From: Candidatus Margulisiibacteriota bacterium | Lineage (GTDB): Bacteria > Margulisbacteria > Riflemargulisbacteria > GWF2-35-9 | Assembly: GCA_028715625.1 (NCBI GenBank) | Contig: JAQURL010000004.1 | Location: 2,061 to 66,060, forward strand | DNA: 64,000 bases | Direction: 5' to 3' | Shown: positions 20,452 through 30,200 of the stretch, one piece after another | How positions within the stretch are numbered: position 1 is the first letter of the stretch | Layout: every line of letters begins with the position of its first letter | Program-made: the position numbers and the translations under genes | The notes under the pieces: generated by a model | What the model was told of the DNA's origin: nothing | The model's database searches: none | What the model saw: only the letters and a program-made list of their open reading frames with translations

Positions 20452-20853
20452 ATGTTAATAATGGTAATAGATGATGAATTGATCAGTCGCAAAAAACTTG
20501 CGGAGATATTAAAACCATTCGGAGAGTGTATGGAATTCGACCGGGGGGATGTAGCCCTGGTGGCATATGAAAAGGCACGCAAGGAATATAAACAAATAGA
20601 CCTTGTAACCATAGATATTTCCATGCCTTATTTGAATGGTTTATCCGTATTGCATAAAATCAGAGACATCGAAACTGAACTGGGTGTCCCCAAAGAATTA
20701 AAGGCTAAAGTAATAATGGTGACCTCAGAAAATGATCGCAACAAATTTATGGATGCAATGCAGCAAGGTTGTGATGATTACATTTTAAAACCTTTTGATG
20801 AAAACAATATTTTGGAACGCTTGAAAAGCCATAATATTTTACCCAAAACATAA
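20452..20853 (+). CDS. Single-domain response regulator (REC only)
   Basis: A REC domain highly similar to both RECs of the upstream gene. Confidence 0.8.
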   Translation: MLIMVIDDELISRKKLAEILKPFGECMEFDRGDVALVAYEKARKEYKQIDLVTIDISMPYLNGLSVLHKIRDIETELGVPKELKAKVIMVTSENDRNKFMDAMQQGCDDYILKPFDENNILERLKSHNILPKT

Positions 20854-20858
20854 GATTA

Positions 20859-21902
20859 GTGGTATCAATGAAGGCATTACGATTTATTCTGGGAATATTT
20901 TTTCTCCAAAGCATTATTTATTGCGCGGTTTTAGCGCCAGATAAAAGTTTGTTTCCGGATAGATTTTCGGTGTTCGGTAATAAAATTGTGGACAGCCGCC
21001 AGCAGGAGGTTGTTTTTCGTGGAATTTCAGCCATGGACCCAATTTATCACTATTTTAACGGGGATGATATTGTTTGGGGTGAAGATTATTATAACCGGAT
21101 AAAGGATTGGGGTGCTGATATTATTCGTTTACCGATTCACCCATATTACTGGAGAGAATATGGCAAAGAGAAGTGTCTGCAAATATTGGATAAAGTTATT
21201 GACTGGGCTGAAAAAAATAAAGTTTATGTTTATATAGACTTTCACTCTATCGGCTTTCCGCCGGCAGAAGACTATGATGGCAATTTCGACGGCATATATC
21301 TGACTTCAGTTGATGAAACGAGTGGTTTCTGGGAAACAATTGCGGAAAAATATAAGAACAATCCTGTAGTTGCTTTTTACGAAATATTTAACGAGCCGGT
21401 ATATGCAGGATTTTGTTTCAGTGAAGACGGCAGGTCTACACCAGCTGATTGGCTAGCCTGGAAACAAGTGGCTGAGGATTTGACAAAAATAATCAGAAGA
21501 CATGATGAGCATAAGCCGATTATTATTGGGGGAATGTATTGGGCATATGATTTATCGCAAGCTTTAAAAGACCCTTTAAGTGATAAAAACATAATTTATG
21601 CGGCTCATCCTTATCCTGGCAGCAGTCAGTATAAAAGCTGGGATGATGCTTTCGGTAAAATCAAAGAAAAATACCCGGTTTTTGTGACAGAATTCGGGTT
21701 TGAGCGGGAAGGGCAGAAGGCAGAGAATACATACACCGGGCGCGGTCGTTACAGGGATGATATTTATAATTACCTGGAAAGCAGGAAAATAAGCTGGACT
21801 GCCTGGTGTTTTTCCGATAAATGGTCCCCATCATTATTAAAAGATAAAAATTATAATCCTACGGAAGCCGGAGAGTTTTTCAGAGCGCAACTACGTCGTT
21901 GA
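20859..21902 (+). CDS. Glycoside hydrolase family 5 (cellulase-like) with signal peptide
   Basis: Catalytic motifs IFNEP (acid/base) and VTEFG (nucleophile); an N-terminal signal peptide. Confidence 0.75.
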   Translation: MVSMKALRFILGIFFLQSIIYCAVLAPDKSLFPDRFSVFGNKIVDSRQQEVVFRGISAMDPIYHYFNGDDIVWGEDYYNRIKDWGADIIRLPIHPYYWREYGKEKCLQILDKVIDWAEKNKVYVYIDFHSIGFPPAEDYDGNFDGIYLTSVDETSGFWETIAEKYKNNPVVAFYEIFNEPVYAGFCFSEDGRSTPADWLAWKQVAEDLTKIIRRHDEHKPIIIGGMYWAYDLSQALKDPLSDKNIIYAAHPYPGSSQYKSWDDAFGKIKEKYPVFVTEFGFEREGQKAENTYTGRGRYRDDIYNYLESRKISWTAWCFSDKWSPSLLKDKNYNPTEAGEFFRAQLRR

Positions 21903-22010
21903 TATCTAAACCAAATCAACTCGTTTTTGTACTATCAGGACAGGAAAAAGAGGTATTCCGACATATTTGATCCATTGAACTTTATGCTATAATAAACATC
22001 CTTTAGAATT

Positions 22011-22766
22011 ATGAACAAAGCTATAGAGATAAAAAATATCTTTAAAACATATCATCACCGCAGGACAGGGGATGTTCCGGCATTGGAGGATGTCAGCCTG
22101 AACATCGAACAGGGCTCTTTTTTCGGCCTGATCGGCCCTAACGGCGCAGGGAAGTCCACACTTATCAAGATAATAACCGGCTTGAGTATTCCGAATTCAG
22201 GGACAGTTCTCGTTGGCGGGTTTGACGTGATCAAACAATATAAGAAAACCCGTCAGCTTATAGGCGTATCTTTGCAGGAGCATGCATTTGACCCATATCT
22301 GCTGGTTGAAGAGGAGTTATATATAACCGGTGGATATTTCGGCAAGCCCAAGGCTTATTTAAAGAAAAAAGTGCCGCAACTTTTGCAGCAATTAGCCCTG
22401 GAGGAAAAGAAACGGACATTTACCGACAAATTATCCGGAGGAATGAAACGCAGGCTGGCTATTGCCAAGGCGCTGATCCATGACCCCGAGATACTCATAC
22501 TGGATGAGCCTACTGCAGGTCTTGATGTGCAGTTAAGGCACGAACTGTGGGAAATACTGCAGGAACTCAATAATCAGGGGAAAACCATACTGCTGACAAC
22601 ACATTATCTGGAAGAAGTTGAACACCTTTGCAATGAAATAGCCATAATCAACAAAGGTAAGATTATATACACTGACAAAAACAAGAAAAAAAGTTTGTCG
22701 GAAAATTCCGAACTGGAACAATTATTTATGGAGATGGTAAAAGAAGATGAGCCTGATAAGATTTAA
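22011..22766 (+). CDS. ABC transporter ATP-binding protein
   Basis: Walker A GPNGAGKST, signature LSGGMKRRL, Walker B ILILDEPT. Confidence 0.85.
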   Translation: MNKAIEIKNIFKTYHHRRTGDVPALEDVSLNIEQGSFFGLIGPNGAGKSTLIKIITGLSIPNSGTVLVGGFDVIKQYKKTRQLIGVSLQEHAFDPYLLVEEELYITGGYFGKPKAYLKKKVPQLLQQLALEEKKRTFTDKLSGGMKRRLAIAKALIHDPEILILDEPTAGLDVQLRHELWEILQELNNQGKTILLTTHYLEEVEHLCNEIAIINKGKIIYTDKNKKKSLSENSELEQLFMEMVKEDEPDKI

Positions 22767-23508
22767 AGCCTTAATTTACAGGGAAGTAATCAGGTTTCTT
22801 AAGGTTATTAACCAGACAATTTTGTCGCCGGCGATTTCCAGTTTTTTATATCTGGCAGTATTCGGCTTTGTGCTGGGAAGTCAGGTAAGTTCAATAGGGC
22901 CGGTTACATATATGCAGTTCATTATACCGGGCATCATGGTAATGGAAGTAATGATGGCGGCTTTTTCTAACACCTCGTCTTCACTTTTTCTTTCAAGGTA
23001 CCTACATATGATTGACCATATTTTGGTAACACCGGTAACCTATACCGAACTGGTATTGGCCTACATTATAGGAAGTATATTCAGGGGTGTGCTTGTAGGT
23101 CTGCTTATATGGGGTGTGAGTTTGTTTTTTTCACCCTTCAAATTGGAGCATTTTTTTGCTTTTGCCTTTTTTATCACCACTATAAGTATAGTATTTTCAG
23201 GTGTTGGTCTGGTTGTGGCGCTTTGGAGCGAGGAATTTGAAGACCTTTCCATTGTAACAACCTACATTATTACTCCGTTTACGTTTTTAGGCGGTGTTTT
23301 TTATTCTTTAAAAATGTTACCTGCTATTATTTATAAAATAACAATTTTTAATCCTTTCTTTTATATGATTGATGCTTTTCGCTGGTCTATGATCGGATAT
23401 GCCGAGGGAAACATTTTAATAAGCATAGTCCTGCTATCAGGCTTATCTGTCTTTGTAATTCTTTTTAACATATATTTATTTAAAAAAGGTTATAAACTAA
23501 AACAATGA
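22747..23508 (+). CDS. ABC-2 family transporter permease
   Basis: Six TM segments and an overlap with the upstream ATPase gene. Confidence 0.65.
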   Translation: MSLIRFKALIYREVIRFLKVINQTILSPAISSFLYLAVFGFVLGSQVSSIGPVTYMQFIIPGIMVMEVMMAAFSNTSSSLFLSRYLHMIDHILVTPVTYTELVLAYIIGSIFRGVLVGLLIWGVSLFFSPFKLEHFFAFAFFITTISIVFSGVGLVVALWSEEFEDLSIVTTYIITPFTFLGGVFYSLKMLPAIIYKITIFNPFFYMIDAFRWSMIGYAEGNILISIVLLSGLSVFVILFNIYLFKKGYKLKQ

Positions 23509-24692
23509 TAAACCTGACACAGACCACCCGTAATTTAACGGAGTCGGATAAGGTAACTCTGGAAAAATGGCTAGAGCAAAAGTCAAAAGGCCTGACCTAC
23601 CCAATATATGCTTCTATGGATTTGCGTATATCATCGGATAAGGCAGCGGTTGTAGACACGAACCTGTTTCCATCCGGTTTTAATAATTTGTGTGAAACCA
23701 TGATTAATAAGTCCGCTCAGTATTTAGCGGAATATATTAAACAATATTTTTCCGGTGTTAAAAAGGTGGCAGTTTTCTGTGAAGCGCATACGCGCAACCT
23801 TTTTTATTTTCAGAATTTAAAGGCTTTAGGACAAATAATAAATAAGGCCGGATTCGAAAGTTATTTTGTTCACCCTGAAATTGAAGGTACTATTGAAGGG
23901 ATTTATTTCAGCCAGAAATACCTTAAAGAAGCAGACCTGCTTATTAATAATAATGATTTTTCCAGCGGATACCCGCAATTGCTGCAACAGTTGACAATTC
24001 CTGTTATCCCGGGAAAAGAACTGATCTGGGCCAAACGCAGAAAAAGCAGACATTTTTCCATCATCAGGAGTTTATCAGTGGAGCTTGCTGAAAAGATTAA
24101 TATTGACCCCTGGTTTATTTCCGCAGAATTTGAATTTGAACAAAATATAAATCTGAAGGAAAAGGCTTCGCTGGAAAGGTTGAAACAAAAAGCAGAATTG
24201 GTACTGGAAAGGACAAGGCGGAAATACAGAGAATATCAGATAAGTACGGTGCCTACAATTTTTATTAAGGATGATGCCGGTACATACGGTATGGGCATAA
24301 TGACGATTCAAAATATTGACGAGCTGGATAATTTGAACAGCAAAAAATACAATAAAATGAGCGTGGGAAAACAGCATATTATTAAAGATTTGCTTGTTCA
24401 GGAAGGGATTCCCAGTAGTCTGCAATGCAAGGGGGCTGTGGCCGAACCGGTTATTTATTGTATAGGACAACATTTTATCGGAGCCTTTTTACGAGTGAAT
24501 CAATTAAAAAATGAAATGGCGAATTTGAATTCCAAGGGTATGGAGTTTTTCAGGATTTGTAATGAAGATATAGATCATCTGGAAATGCCGGATGAATGCC
24601 AGGGACAGCGAATTATTGATGATTTGGGCATGATCACTATCAGGGTAGCCTTGCTTGCGGCCGCGACGGAAAATAGTGCCGAAAAAGGTTAA
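23505..24692 (+). CDS. Putative glutamate--cysteine ligase (GshA, small T. ferrooxidans-type family), uncertain
   Basis: A ~395-aa protein directly upstream of, and translationally coupled to, a clear gshB. The assignment rests on context plus size, not on a motif I can verify. Confidence 0.35.
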   Translation: MINLTQTTRNLTESDKVTLEKWLEQKSKGLTYPIYASMDLRISSDKAAVVDTNLFPSGFNNLCETMINKSAQYLAEYIKQYFSGVKKVAVFCEAHTRNLFYFQNLKALGQIINKAGFESYFVHPEIEGTIEGIYFSQKYLKEADLLINNNDFSSGYPQLLQQLTIPVIPGKELIWAKRRKSRHFSIIRSLSVELAEKINIDPWFISAEFEFEQNINLKEKASLERLKQKAELVLERTRRKYREYQISTVPTIFIKDDAGTYGMGIMTIQNIDELDNLNSKKYNKMSVGKQHIIKDLLVQEGIPSSLQCKGAVAEPVIYCIGQHFIGAFLRVNQLKNEMANLNSKGMEFFRICNEDIDHLEMPDECQGQRIIDDLGMITIRVALLAAATENSAEKG

Positions 24693-24694
24693 TA

Positions 24695-25585
24695 ATGAAA
24701 ATACTCTTTATTATTGAGAGCATTTCCAAGCATAAGAAAGATATTTATTCCGATGACTTGTTGATGGCTGAGCATCTTAAAAGAAAGCATGAGGTGCTGG
24801 TAGCGGAGCCGAAAGATGTAATCCTTCTGCATAATGAAGTTTTTGTAAGGTGCCATAGCTATCAGAAAATTAAAAAATCAGTGAAATTCAAAGAAAAAGG
24901 AATAATAATCGCTAAAACTCTGGATTTTATTTATTACCGGGCCATGCCGCCGGTTGAAAAAGATGTGCTTTTAGCTACATTAATATTGGATAAGCTGCCG
25001 GTAAAATTTTGCAATGCGCCAGAAGCAATTCGAAACCTTAACGAGAAATTAAGTATTTTTAATTTTAAAGAATTTCTTTTGCCGACACTAGTTACAGGAA
25101 ACTCGCAAGATATTTTAAATTTTGCGAAGCAGTACAAATGGCCCCTAATACTTAAGCCACTGGACAGTTATCAGGGAATAGGCATATACAAAATGGAAAA
25201 CAAGGAACAACTGTCGGCTATTAATCAACTTACAATCGTCCAACCATACTTGAAGTCTGTTGAAACAGAGGGTTCCAAACGTATTTTTGTTTTGAAAGGA
25301 AAAGTTGCGGGGGCCGTTACTTTTTTACCAAAACCGGGGGAGTTTATCACCAATTATCAGGGAATTTATAATCAAACCCAGGTAGCACTTAGCAAAAAAG
25401 AACAGAAAGCTTGTGAATATATCGGGGTGTTTTTGCTGCATCAAAAAGTAAATTTTGCGGCGCTGGATTTTATCGGCAACTATCTGATGGAAATAAACAT
25501 AACCTGTCCAGGAGGAATACCCGAATATAACAAAGCATATGGAACAAGGCTGGAAGAAAAGATTGTAGACGAGCTGCTTGCCTGA
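24695..25585 (+). CDS. gshB: Glutathione synthetase (prokaryotic ATP-grasp type)
   Basis: Colinear similarity to E. coli GshB: NEKL…PLILKPLDSYQGIGIYK, …KRIFVLKGK…, EINITCPGG. Confidence 0.8.
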   Translation: MKILFIIESISKHKKDIYSDDLLMAEHLKRKHEVLVAEPKDVILLHNEVFVRCHSYQKIKKSVKFKEKGIIIAKTLDFIYYRAMPPVEKDVLLATLILDKLPVKFCNAPEAIRNLNEKLSIFNFKEFLLPTLVTGNSQDILNFAKQYKWPLILKPLDSYQGIGIYKMENKEQLSAINQLTIVQPYLKSVETEGSKRIFVLKGKVAGAVTFLPKPGEFITNYQGIYNQTQVALSKKEQKACEYIGVFLLHQKVNFAALDFIGNYLMEINITCPGGIPEYNKAYGTRLEEKIVDELLA

Positions 25586-25712
25586 TTCTGGCAGGAACAT
25601 CTTTACAAATGTTCAAATATTAGTACTATTAATAATAGCTACACGGATTAGTACAGGAAAAATTTTCAAGGAAGAATTTATTAGCTAGTTTGAACACTAA
25701 AGGGGGAAAACA

Positions 25713-26288
25713 ATGGTAACATCTCTAAGTTCTTCCAACAATGATCTGGCTGGAATTATCTGGAAACAGTTAGCGCAAAGCGATGCTGACGGGGACGGTA
25801 AACTGAGCAAGGACGAGCTGCAGGCTGCCATGGCCGATACCGTAGCGGGAACGGAAACAGGGACAGCTTTTGACGATGTATTCACCAAAATAGATTCTGA
25901 TGGTGATGGCTATATAACCAAGGATGAATTTGATGGTTTTTTACAAAGCAGCAAGCCCGACAAAGATGTAATGAGGGGACTGGTAAGTGCGGAAGTGGAC
26001 AAAGCCGTAGCCAATATGCAACAGCAGCTTTGGCAGTCACTTTTGTCACAAAACAGCAGTAGCGGTGATATCGTTGCGCAAAACGGACTTTTTTCTGATT
26101 CGTTGCTGCAGGAAGCTTCTTCAAGCACAGACAGCTTATTTTCTCAACTCGATACTAATCAGGACGGTACCTTGAGCAAGGAGGATTTCAGTAATCTGGG
26201 AAGTACTTTGCTGGGGCAACTGCAAACATACAATAATGCGGCTCAGTCCGGTAGCAACTTGCTTAACTTGTTAAATACAAATACCTGA
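25713..26288 (+). CDS. EF-hand calcium-binding protein (3 EF-hand loops) with S/Q/N-rich tail
   Basis: Three canonical 12-residue loops: DADGDGKLSKDE, DSDGDGYITKDE, DTNQDGTLSKED. Local GC is clearly higher than its surroundings. Confidence 0.7.
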   Translation: MVTSLSSSNNDLAGIIWKQLAQSDADGDGKLSKDELQAAMADTVAGTETGTAFDDVFTKIDSDGDGYITKDEFDGFLQSSKPDKDVMRGLVSAEVDKAVANMQQQLWQSLLSQNSSSGDIVAQNGLFSDSLLQEASSSTDSLFSQLDTNQDGTLSKEDFSNLGSTLLGQLQTYNNAAQSGSNLLNLLNTNT

Positions 26289-26327
26289 CAGGTTTTTTTG
26301 GTTTAAGTTTGTAGAGTCCAACTGAAA

Positions 26328-27053
26328 TTATTTTAAGAAAGCTTTTACCCGACTAAAATGCAAATCGAAAATAGTTTTAATTTCTTCAGGCAAATAAAGC
26401 AGAACATTATAAAAATGTTTTTCTGTTAGAGCAATTGTTTTTTTAGCAAACTCGTCAGTGGTTAAGCTGAGATCAGCCATATTCAGAATGCGATCGGCTA
26501 TTTTGATATACCTGGATTCCATCGGTATAAAATCAAACATGAACTGATGAAGGTGCAAACGCTTGAAATGATTCCTCAATTTTACATATTTTTTATCTAT
26601 TGCCAAAGGTATTTTTGTTACATATAACAGAATCTTACCCAGATCTTCTCCGTGCAGCCTGCAGAAACCGGAAAATTGAACGCCCGAATCTTTGGTGTCA
26701 AAAATTTCAGTGTCTTCTATAGTATCATGATAAATGGCGCCTAAAAGAAGCAGTTTTTTATCAACATTCTGAAAATTTACCATTGTTGCCAGATACCAGA
26801 CAAATATTGCTACGCTTAGCGGATGATGAATATAGGGCACACCGCTTCCTTCGCGAACAGCCCCGGTGCGGGCGTGGGCAAGCTTGGCATTTGTATAAGC
26901 ATTTTTCAGCTCATTTATGTCAGCAGGGGAAAAATTGGATTCGATAATAGAAAACAATTGTTTTTCCAATAAGGAAACAGGCTGACTGATAAGAATAAAA
27001 GGCAAGTCATTTAAATTAAGAGGATTCAGCCAGGCAATTATTTTATAGTTCAT
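26328..27053 (-). CDS. HD domain phosphohydrolase (possible small (p)ppGpp hydrolase-like)
   Basis: Contains the YIHHPLSVA…YHDTIEDT HD motif. Confidence 0.55.
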   Translation of the reverse strand: MNYKIIAWLNPLNLNDLPFILISQPVSLLEKQLFSIIESNFSPADINELKNAYTNAKLAHARTGAVREGSGVPYIHHPLSVAIFVWYLATMVNFQNVDKKLLLLGAIYHDTIEDTEIFDTKDSGVQFSGFCRLHGEDLGKILLYVTKIPLAIDKKYVKLRNHFKRLHLHQFMFDFIPMESRYIKIADRILNMADLSLTTDEFAKKTIALTEKHFYNVLLYLPEEIKTIFDLHFSRVKAFLK

Positions 27054-27222
27054 AGTATATTCCGCATCTAGTTAAGATTATCGTACCAGGATGGTTAAAA
27101 GTTTCAGATTTTAAAAAATTAGCTACTCAAGCGGTTTGATTACAGTTGGTGGAAAAAAGACAGTAATTTAGGGAAGATGCAAATTAATCATATTTAATCC
27201 TTTTGATATTCTGTTTGATAAG

Positions 27223-30200
27223 ATGAGAAAAATTATAAGAAGTTTATTGTCGGTTGTTTTTTCCCTGATTATATTTACACTTCCCCTTCAGGCAAATACA
27301 TTCCAATACAGCGCACGTATTAAAAGCGATGTTGGAGCTCTTCTTCCTGGAACAATAGTAGTTTTCGGTGTATATCAGGATAATGGAACCGCTCAGGGCA
27401 CGTTAATTCAGGAAACAAAAGTAAGCGCCGGAGGTTACTTGCCGGCACCGATATTTGTACCTCCGGTTTCCGATGCCCTGGTTACCTTCGATATAACAAT
27501 TCCCGGGAATTTTTATGTAGAAACAAAGATTATGAAAACCGGATATGTTGGCAATTACGAAATTTATGCTGTAAGTCAAAATCGTATAATAAGCATAGAT
27601 GTTAGCCTTAAAACACCACCATGGAATTGCTATTTCACCGGCTGGATTGGTGATGAGGTTCATAATGGCGTGGTGGATTATTATATGAATGCAATGCCAA
27701 CAGCTGATTTTTTGGCCGCGACAAACTGGCATAATACTACTCCAAAACTGTCCGACTTGGGTTCAAGGGATTTTGTTATGGGATCACCTACTTTTAACGG
27801 TTCATATAGGTCGGATGTGACCAGCGGAGACTGGACTCTATTTTATACACCATCAACAAATGGAACCTCCTGGACAGTTGTTTCAAGTGATGCGCATGTT
27901 TTTCCGGGAGCTAATTATTTTGAGTTTTGTTCGTTCGGCACAATTTATGTAGACCTGCATCCAAGCGTAAATACTTTTTATGAATATACTTCCGTGGTTG
28001 GCTTGATGACGAATACCACAATTGTATTAGATTTTTATTCATTATCACAAAACACCTTAATTAAAGAATCAATAATTACATATAATAATTACGCGGTATT
28101 TGTGTCTCAAACCGATATTACGGGAAATTATTATGTAGAAGCAAGCATAAAAACACCGGGAAGAACCGATTATTTTGCCGGCTACATAGTTACGCAGGAC
28201 AAGTATATTGCCCAGACAGTTTTTAGCAATGTAGGCTCTGACACAATTACAGGAATAATAGGAGACAATATTGGTCGGCCGCTTCCCAATTACTCGGTAT
28301 CCATGGTGATTACACGCAATGCGGCAGATTATACAAACTGGCAGACATCAAGACAATATGAAGTCGGCGTTTTTCCTGAGCTGACGGTTACTACAGATAT
28401 AAACGGAGTATATTCAGCGAATGTACCTTATTATGATTATTTATATGTACCACCCTATGGGAATATTTTTAATCTGGAATGGACAGTTAAAAGCTCTGTT
28501 ACTAAAAATTGGCTGACAGGTGTCGTGATTTCCAATAATGCTTATCCAAACCCAACAGCCGATCTCGGTTTAACGATAATGACTAACGTGGATTCTAATC
28601 CGGGCCTTACTGAATTCAGGTTTACTCTGCTTTCCGCTAGAAATCGCTGGGCGACATTAATCCCCAGCATTAATGTAATCGCGGAGACCTTTTCAGTAAC
28701 CGGAAACCTTTTACACAGCTATAATTTTGTTTCCTCCACTAATGGGCAAGTCGATTTTGTTGTGAGTGAAAATACTGCCTATGGTGTACAAATATTGCTT
28801 TTTGACGCCATAACCTCAGATTTATTACAGGGACAAGCCTTATACTATGCTGTTACTGCCGACCGCTGGGCGCAGACTTCTTTGCTCCTGGCAGATGCAC
28901 CCTATACGATTACCGGAACTATTATGTTGAACCAGATGCAACCTCTGCCCACAATAAATGTTTTTTCTTATCCGCTTGCTGATTTAACGGCGCTTCGTTC
29001 CTGGTTTGCGAGCCCGAGTGTAGACTTATTCACCAATGTGGCATTAGGGTCATCAGATCAAAACGGTGCATATTCCCTGCAAATAGCGGCAGGAGTATGG
29101 GCGTTTTTTATTTCCGATACAGTGGCAACCATGAACCAGTCGCCGATTACTATTAATGCTGGCGTGAATGTTCCGCCATTTGCAGGTCCGCTGAACTTTA
29201 TTTTTTCCAACTCTTTTGTTTATAAAGCAACAATTACAGACCAACTAAGCGCTCCTATAAGCGGCGCAATGGTAAATTTCGGATTCTATAAATGGAGCGG
29301 CAGTTCCAGACAGCTGGTGCAGGAGCAGACCATTTATTCGGACCTGACCGGTATGGTAAGTATTACGCCGAGCATTTTAGGTACATATAACATGGAAGTG
29401 AAAGTTGCAGCTAACAATTATCTGGGCAAGATTTTGGGTTATTCCGTGAGCCAGAATAGAATAATAAATACTATTATCCCCTTAACTACTTCGACAGTTG
29501 CCATGACCGGTAATATAAATGATGACTTCAACAAACCGGTTCCGGGATATTCCGCCACAGCTCTGACAAATACTGATCTAAATGCGCTTAATAACTGGAG
29601 ATCTTCAATGAACCAGCAAAGCGACCTGAGTATGCTGAGCCTGGCAACAACAGTAACCGACATTAACGGAATATATAATCTGAACGTTTTGCCTAACACC
29701 TGGTATGTTTATATCAGCCCTTCTTTAAATAGCAGTCAGACGACAATTGTCAGCTCCAGTGCTCAAATTTCCGGCACAACAGGTTTGGGACAAATTAACC
29801 TGAACCTTTACCCGACACTGAATGTAATGGTTTATCAGGGAACTATAATAAACGGAGCAAGTGCTCCGGTTCCGTCTGCCACTATTTATCTGGATATCTA
29901 TAATGAAAATGGCGGCGCACCGGTATTCATCTCCGAACAAATTTTAACGACCGACAGCCTCGGCCGGTTCGCTATGACACTAAGCCCCGATAATCTTTAC
30001 TCAGCTGAATTGAGAATTATTGCTTCCGGCTATGTAGGAGTTCGTCTCGGATATTCTGTAAAACAGGACCGCCTTCTGTTTCAGACAATTACCTTGAATC
30101 AGGCTACTCTTACTGTGAACAGCCAGTTACTTGATGATTTGGCTAATGGGCTTGTTAATTACGCTGTTTACGGTTATGGAGCATCGGATTTGCCCGCAAT

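Noticed and set aside
21976-22003. A sigma70-like promoter TTGAAC…TATAAT upstream of the ABC transporter
   Set aside because: The spacer between the hexamers is only ~7 nt. Also, FCB-type promoters use a different consensus, so this is not supportable.
25591-25620. A possible terminator hairpin after gshB (GAACAT…ATGTTC)
   Set aside because: The stem is short and AT-rich and no T-tract follows.
25697-26128. Three long minus-strand ORFs overlapping the EF-hand gene
   Set aside because: The local GC elevation removes stop codons. The plus-strand product has clear EF-hand motifs and the antisense ones have none.
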